Shown in pieces: positions 55,523-64,000 of a stretch of DNA of 64,000 nt. This stretch comes from Dictyostelium discoideum. Lineage: Eukaryota. Where the stretch lies: assembly GCA_000004695.1 (NCBI GenBank), contig CM000153.2, forward strand, positions 1,120,001-1,184,000, written 5' to 3'. The notes beneath the pieces were generated by a model, which saw only the letters and a program-made list of their open reading frames with translations, made no database searches and was not told the DNA's origin. The translations under genes were made by a program, and so were the position numbers. How positions within the stretch are numbered: position 1 is the first letter of the stretch; every line of letters starts with the position of its first letter.

Positions 55523-55729
55523 AAAAGTATCCACATTCCTTTAATGCTGGTTTTTTTTTTTTTTTTTTTTTCCTTGTTTACTTGTTTATCCTTGTTTATA
55601 TTTGTCTTTTTTTTTTGAAAAGGAAAAACAAAACAAAATAAACAAAACAAAAAAACGGTTGGTCCTTGTAAATGATTATTGTTGTGAATGATTGTGTCTT
55701 ATTTGAATATTTCTTTTTTTTGATTTTGA

Positions 55730-55760
<31 letters not shown>

Positions 55761-55930
55761 ACAACTTGTTTATTTGTTGGGTCAGTAAGCAAATAGCATG
55801 CTAAACCAAAACCAGCTAAAATACCAAAGAATTTGAAAAAGAATTTAATGTGAACTGCTGGATCACGTTCTAATTGATGATCTGCGTCTGGTGACATAAA
55901 TTCTGGTTTAACTTCAAACATTTCTTCCAT
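54977..55930 (-). CDS. small single-pass membrane protein, possibly a mitochondrial respiratory-complex accessory subunit, 2 exons (55763..55930, 54977..55117)
   Basis: MEEMFEVKPEFMSPDADHQLERDPAVHIKFFFKFFGILAGFGLACYLLTDPTNKQV | TERDLPFNNLYLEYGGDPNITPDEKKWRLQMGDRQAIYRAKYGLDK*. Donor GTAAGT, acceptor ttttag. Confidence 0.55.
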
Positions 55931-56102
55931 CTATTATCAAAATTTTATTTTTTTATTTTTTATTTTTATTTTTAAAAAAAAAAGTTATTATTATTATTAT
56001 TATCATTAATATTTTAAAATTATTTATTTTATTTTATTTTATTTGTTATTAAACTATTTGAAGAGTTTTTATAAAATCAAAAAAGAAAGAAATAAATATA
56101 TT

Positions 56103-56878
<776 letters not shown>

Positions 56879-56926
56879 TTTGTTTATATCACAATCTTAT
56901 AATGAGTAAATAAATTGAAAAAAATG

Positions 56927-56958
<32 letters not shown>

Positions 56959-57036
56959 TTTCCATTTTTTTTTTTTTTTTTATTTTTTTTTTTATTTTTT
57001 TTTTTTTCCAAATCACACGAAATTCAAAGCCTCGCT

Positions 57037-57076
<40 letters not shown>

Positions 57077-57276
57077 CGTATTTTATTTGTTTTTTTCATT
57101 GACACAACTATTTTTTTGTTTTTTTTTAATTTTTATTTTTTAAAGTAGTACTACAAAAATTTTTTTTTTTTTTTATTAGTTCAGTTTTAAAAAATAATAT
57201 AAATAACAATAATAAAATACAAAATACAAAAAAGAATTCAAAAAACGAAACAATAATAATAATAATATAGCAAAAA

Positions 57277-57982
57277 ATGAATAATATGATAAGAAGTAGT
57301 ATTTCAAATATTATTAAAGGTGCTACATATACACAACGTTTTGCATCTACATCAACAACAACACAAGTTGCATCAGGATCAACCATAATCAATAACAATA
57401 AAAGAGGATTAAAAGACTTTTTTGAACATACATATCCAATTGGAACATATCCATTAGCAGGTCGTTCATGGGCTGCTTCTGATCTTCGTGGTAAATCTTT
57501 CAATGATTTACATGAACTTTGGTTCGAATTATTAAAAGAAAGAAATAAGCTTTTAACTGAAAAAGAAATAACTAAAAATAATCAACTTCAAAATCCACAA
57601 CGTGTTACAAAGGTAAATAATAAATAATAATAAATAATAATAAATATTAAATAATAAATAATAATTATATATTTATATTTGTTTATTTATTATGTGGTGG
57701 TTAAAATATATATTTTAGGTTAGAAAATCAATGGCAGCAATTAAAGTAGTTTTAGGTGAAAGAGATCAATTAAGCAAAAGTTTATATTTATTAGCAAAAG
57801 CAAGTCAAGATGGAAATCACAAAAAAGTTAAAGAATTAAAAGAAAATATTAAAAGATTAAATAAACTTGTTGGTGCTGTTTCTCTTAAACCAGGTTTAAA
57901 AGAACTTGAAAGTTTACAAGATACCATCAAAGTAGATGAAACTTTAGAAAAGAATATAGATTTATTATTAAAACAAAACTAA
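57277..57982 (+). CDS. mitochondrial ribosomal protein L47 (uL29m/MRPL47), 2 exons (57277..57612, 57719..57982)
   Basis: GLKDFFEHTYPIGTYPLAGRSWAASDLRGKSFNDLHELWFELLKERNKLLT is the conserved MRP-L47 core. Donor AAG|GTAAAT, acceptor ttttag|GTTAGAAAATCAATGGCAGCA, so the track's two ORFs join in phase. Confidence 0.85.
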
Positions 57983-58220
57983 AAATAAATCAATTTAATA
58001 TATAAGAAAAAAAAAAAAACAAAGAAAAAAGTAATAATAAAAATAAAAAAATAAAAAAAAAACAAAAAAACAAAAAAAAAAAAAAACAAAAAAGAATAAT
58101 TTATTTAAATTTACAATATGTACAGTTTTTTTATTTGTTGTTGTTGTTGTTGTTGTTGTTGTTTTATATGTTTTAAAGGAAATATTATGAGGAGGAATGA
58201 TAGAAAAAAAAAAAAAAAAA

Positions 58221-59642
<1,422 letters not shown>

Positions 59643-60564
59643 TGCATAAAAATGTTTTATTTATTTTTTTTATTTTTTTTTTATTTTTTTATTATATGTA
59701 TATATATATTAAATATAATATATATATATATATATGTTATATATAAATATTTTTAAAATTATAAACAACCAACATATATTTTTATTTTATAATTATTTGT
59801 TATTTTTATGTTTTTTTATTTATTTTTTTATTTTTTTATTTTAATATTATTATAGTATTTAATTTTGATTAAAAAAGTTGGTAGAAAATAAATAAATAAA
59901 TAAATAAATAGGAAATAAATAAATTAATTAAAGAGAAAATGAGAAAAAAAAAAAAAAAAAAAAATTATTTAAAAATAAAAAAATTTTAAAAAAAAAAAAA
60001 AAAAAAAAACTTAAAAAAAAAACAAAAAAAAAAAAAAAAAAAAATTATTATTAAAAATTTAAAAAAAAAAATTAATAAAGGGTTTTTAATTTCAAATAAT
60101 ATTGGAATCTTAAATTTTTGGATTATATCGAATGTTTTTCAGAGTTTAAATAACTTTTTTTTTTTATTTTTTATTTATTTTTTTTTTTAACAATGATTTA
60201 ATTTTTTTATTTTAAATCAATTTTTATTTTTGGAATTTAATTATTAAACATTATAATAAATCAAAAAAATTAATGAATTTAATCTGGATTAATTGTTTTT
60301 TTTTTTTTTTATTTTAATTTTATTTTTCAAAATATCTTTCATCTATTTTTATTATCACAGCACAAGAAAATATCACATTTTAATAGCATTATCCGAAAGT
60401 TTTTATGAATTATTTTTTTTTAATTTTTTAATTTTTCAACTTTTTAAAAATATTTTTTTCTTTTTTTATTTTTTAATTTTTTTTTTATTTTATTTTTTTT
60501 CATTGTAATAAAATTTTCAAAGCCTTAAAAACAGGTTGATTTTTATGTTTTTAACAGCACAAAA

Positions 60565-61635
60565 ATGACAAATCAATCGAATTGCCAAAATTGTGATTGT
60601 AAAACATTTGACCCCAACCCTTTTAAACCATTATACTGTTCAATATGTCTCCATAATCATAAAGTGAAGAATGCAAATGTTTCAGTGAATGCGACATCAA
60701 CATCAACATCGGCAGCACCACCAAAATCAAGCTCCACTAATAATAAAGGCGCAACAATTAGTGGTTCACCATCAACATCATCATCCTCTTTAAATCAACA
60801 ACAAAAGAGTAAACCATTACCACCAAAAACTCCTTCAAAATCACCATCAAGTCCAAATTTAACTTCTTCTTCTCCTTCTTCTTCTTCAAGTGGTGGGGGT
60901 GGTGGCAGTGGTGGTAGTACAGCAGTAAAAAAGAGACCAGATGCTCAAAACTTTTCAAAACAATCCTCTTCATCCTCATCATCATCATCATCATCATCAT
61001 CATCAAGTCCTTCAGCAACATCACCAAAAACTTCATCAGGTTCATCATCATCATCCAAATCATCAGGATCATCATTTATGAGTAAAATTGGATCATTTAA
61101 AGATGCAGTAACAGATAAAGTAAATACATTAAAAGAGAGTACTTTTTCATCTTCGTCGTCATCATCTAGTGAACCAGAGGTTAAAGGATATGAAATTTCA
61201 GGGCCAACCGATTATAAACATAATACTCATATTGGTATTACAGAGAATGGTGGTATTTCAACTAGAAATATTCCAGAAGAATGGAAACAAACTTTCCAAA
61301 AAGTTGATCAAGCATTAAAACAAAATGGTAAAAGAGGTATTACAAAGAAAGAAGCAACATTCATTTTAAACGCTGTATTAAGTGGTCAAACACCAAGTCC
61401 AAATGTTTCATTAAGAACTACACCAGTTGCAACCTCTGCAAATGCACCTGCTTTACCACCAAAACCAAATGCTAATAATAAACCATTACCATCTGCTCCA
61501 AAAACTATACCATCGGCATCACCATCAATTTCTTCAACTACTACTACCACTACTTCAACCTCATCCTATAATAGTAGTGTAAAATCTACACCATCATCAT
61601 CTGTATCATCATCTGTATCATCATATTCATCTTCT

Positions 61636-61680
<45 letters not shown>

Positions 61681-63282
61681 TATAATAAGAATACAACTTC
61701 ATCATCATATAATAATGGTGAAATTGAAAAATTAAGAGATAAAATTAAACAATTAGAAAATAAATTAGCAAATGAAGAAAAAGAACATAATTTATTATTA
61801 ACTAAATATAAAACATTAGAATCGAAATATACTGGTGGAGAAACCAATCAAAATCAAGCAGTTAATGAAGCAAAAACTGCTAAAACCAAATTGGAACAAT
61901 TAGAACGTGAACATAGTTCATTATTGAATAAGATAAAGGTATTGGAGACTAATAATCAATTGGTTCAAAATGAGAATAAGAATCAAGAGAATGAATTATC
62001 AAATTTAAAGAAATCCATATTAGATTCTAAAAAGAATATGGATGCCGATAAGGGACCATTGATTGAAAAGATTTCAACATTGGAGTCGAAATTAAAGGAT
62101 TCCGAATTTGAAAAGAGATCAATTCAATCAAAGGACCAAGAACTTGAGAAAAAGCTAAAGGAACTAACTAACCAATCCAAAGAATCTGAACAACAATCAT
62201 TTGAATACCAAGTGAAGATTAAAGAATTATCAAGTCAATTGGACTCCCTAAAAGAGGCATTGTCAAATAATAAAGATTTGTCATCAAAGATTCAAGAGAT
62301 TTCAAATCAATTCCAACAAAAAGAAAAGGAGTTGAAAGAAAGCTATGAGAAACAGTACAACCAAAGATTGAATAACCAAAAGCTTGAAATTGATCAACTC
62401 TCTAGCACCCTCTCAAAGGAACAACAGAAATCGAATAAATTTGAAATGGAATTAACCTCTAAGCAAAGGGACTTTGAATCAACTCAAAAACAAAGAGACG
62501 AATTTAAATTGCAATTTAGTAAATCTCAATCTCAATCCGATCAATTACAATCAACAATCGATCAATTGGAGAATCAACTTAAACAAATTAAACTCTCACA
62601 AGCTCAATCTCAAAATATTTTAGATTCTAATAATAAACAACAATCGGATCAATTGAAATCATTATCTGATTCAAATAATAAATTAATTAAAAAGAATGAA
62701 GAATTAGAATCGATCATTGATAAATCAAGAAAGGATTCAATTGATATCAAAGGTAATTATGAACAAAAGATTGTTGAATTAGAATCTAAAATTAAAATCT
62801 CTCAAAATGAATCAAATAATCAACATGATCAAAAATTATTTGATCTTCAAAATAAATTTAAATCTGAAAAAGATGATTTATTATTAAAAATTAAACAATT
62901 ACAAGATCAATTATCAACAACAACAACAACAACAACAAAACATCAATCACATTCTTCTTCTTCTTCAGCTGTTCCTGCTGCTACTACTACCTCTACTTCT
63001 ACTCCATCATCACCACCACCTCCACCACCTGTTGCACCACCACCTCCACCATCTTCATTCAAACAACCTTCATCAGATACTTCTAGAAATAATTTATTGG
63101 AATCAATTCGTCAACCAAAAGAATTGAAAAAAGTTACTGAAGCTGATATGACTCACAATAATCAACAAGAAGATGATGGCTCAATGGTAAATATATTAGT
63201 TAGAGCTCTCATTGATAGAAGACAAAATATGAATGAAGACGATTACGATGATGAAGATGAGGAAGTTGCTTGGGATGATTAA
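60565..63282 (+). CDS. WASP-family-like protein lacking WH1: N-terminal Cys/His cluster, CRIB, about 540-aa coiled coil, poly-Pro, WH2-central-acidic (VCA) tail; single exon, 905 aa
   Basis: CRIB: EISGPTDYKHNTHIGI (ISxPxxFxHxxHVG). Poly-Pro: SSPPPPPPVAPPPPPSS. WH2: RNNLLESIRQPKELKKV. C-region: VNILVRALIDRRQNM. Acidic/Trp tail: EDDYDDEDEEVAWDD. N-terminal: CQNCDCKTFDPNPFKPLYCSICLHNH. Confidence 0.7.
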
Positions 63283-63307
63283 ACCTCTTAAAAAAAAAAT
63301 CAAAGAT

Positions 63308-63342
<35 letters not shown>

Positions 63343-63399
63343 ATTTATTTAATTAATTTATTTATTTATTTATTTATTTACCAATGTACTTGTGTAATA

Positions 63400-63577
63400 T
63401 TAAACAAAAAATTTAAAATAAAATGCTACCATTAAAACTAAAACTGAAATTATAATAATTAAATATGAATTATTAGTTTGTTTTGTTTGTTGCTGTGATG
63501 TTGATTTTGTTAGATTGGATTGAGTATCTTTATTTTCTTTAATTTCATTATTTTCTTTTTTATTTGATAGTTTACTA

Positions 63578-63636
<59 letters not shown>

Positions 63637-64000
63637 TTTTGAAGATTCAATTGAATTGATTTTTGGAGAAGTAATTTGTAATAAATCATTAATTATTTTA
63701 TAACAATCATCAATTGTTCCATTTGAAGATAAATAATCACAAATTGATATTTTATTTGATAACCATTGGATATTCACTCTTCTTGGTAATTCTAAAATTG
63801 GTGATTCTTTTGAAAGTTTTATATTATCTTGATCATTATCATTATTATTATTATTACTTGAAATTTCATTAAATAATAAATCAAATCTTGATTCTACTGA
63901 TTTAATGATATCTTTTTTAATAAATTTAAATGCAGTTTTAATTTGTTCAAGTTGATGAATATAAGCAATACAATGAGTATTGTTATTATTATTAAAATTA
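63400..64000 (-). CDS. 3' part of a tail-anchored Asn-rich protein; CDS continues beyond the window end
   Basis: The open frame runs from the window edge ...IAYIHQLEQIKTAFKFIKKDIIKSVESRFDLLF...NIQWLSNKISICDYL... through poly-N to the C-terminal TM IIIISVLVLMVAFYFKFFV*. Confidence 0.45.

Overview
The window is nuclear DNA from a Dictyostelium-type social amoeba. The call rests on about 75-80% A+T, coding (AAT)n/(CAA)n tracts giving poly-N/poly-Q, short AT-rich GT..AG introns of 75-280 nt, and AAAATG start contexts. It is a gene-dense housekeeping stretch with roughly 30 protein-coding genes on both strands, most with 1-4 small introns. Exon models were worked out by hand from the ORF track plus splice signals and protein-family knowledge, so exon boundaries may be off by 1-2 nt. 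The ORF track appears to accept non-ATG starts (TTG/GTG shown as M), so several of its N-termini are not real.

Genes called from conserved motifs:
- ABHD11-like hydrolase
- MIP18/CIA2
- PEBP
- adenylate kinase
- a hemerythrin-like protein
- DUS2
- Arp3
- HBS1
- a mitochondrial carrier
- HMG-CoA lyase
- an FKBP-TPR immunophilin
- pirin
- homogentisate dioxygenase
- a FYVE/HSL-esterase fusion
- a Cdc7-like kinase
- MLH3
- two tandem cis-prenyltransferase-fold paralogs
- MRPL47
- a WASP-family protein
- several small or low-complexity proteins

No tRNA, rRNA, CRISPR array or recognisable transposon was found.

The most notable observations are:
- a MutL-homolog-3 gene whose conserved reading frame is broken twice;
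- a second gene with a one-nucleotide frame switch;
- a decayed DCP2-like Nudix fragment;
- a 17-nt micro-exon in adenylate kinase;
- a pair of tandemly duplicated, highly divergent cis-prenyltransferase-fold genes with different intron numbers;
- a FYVE + lipase fusion;
- an atypical WASP-like protein;
- a Cys4/coiled-coil/membrane-hairpin protein ending in a LIR-like EDEWEVV tail.
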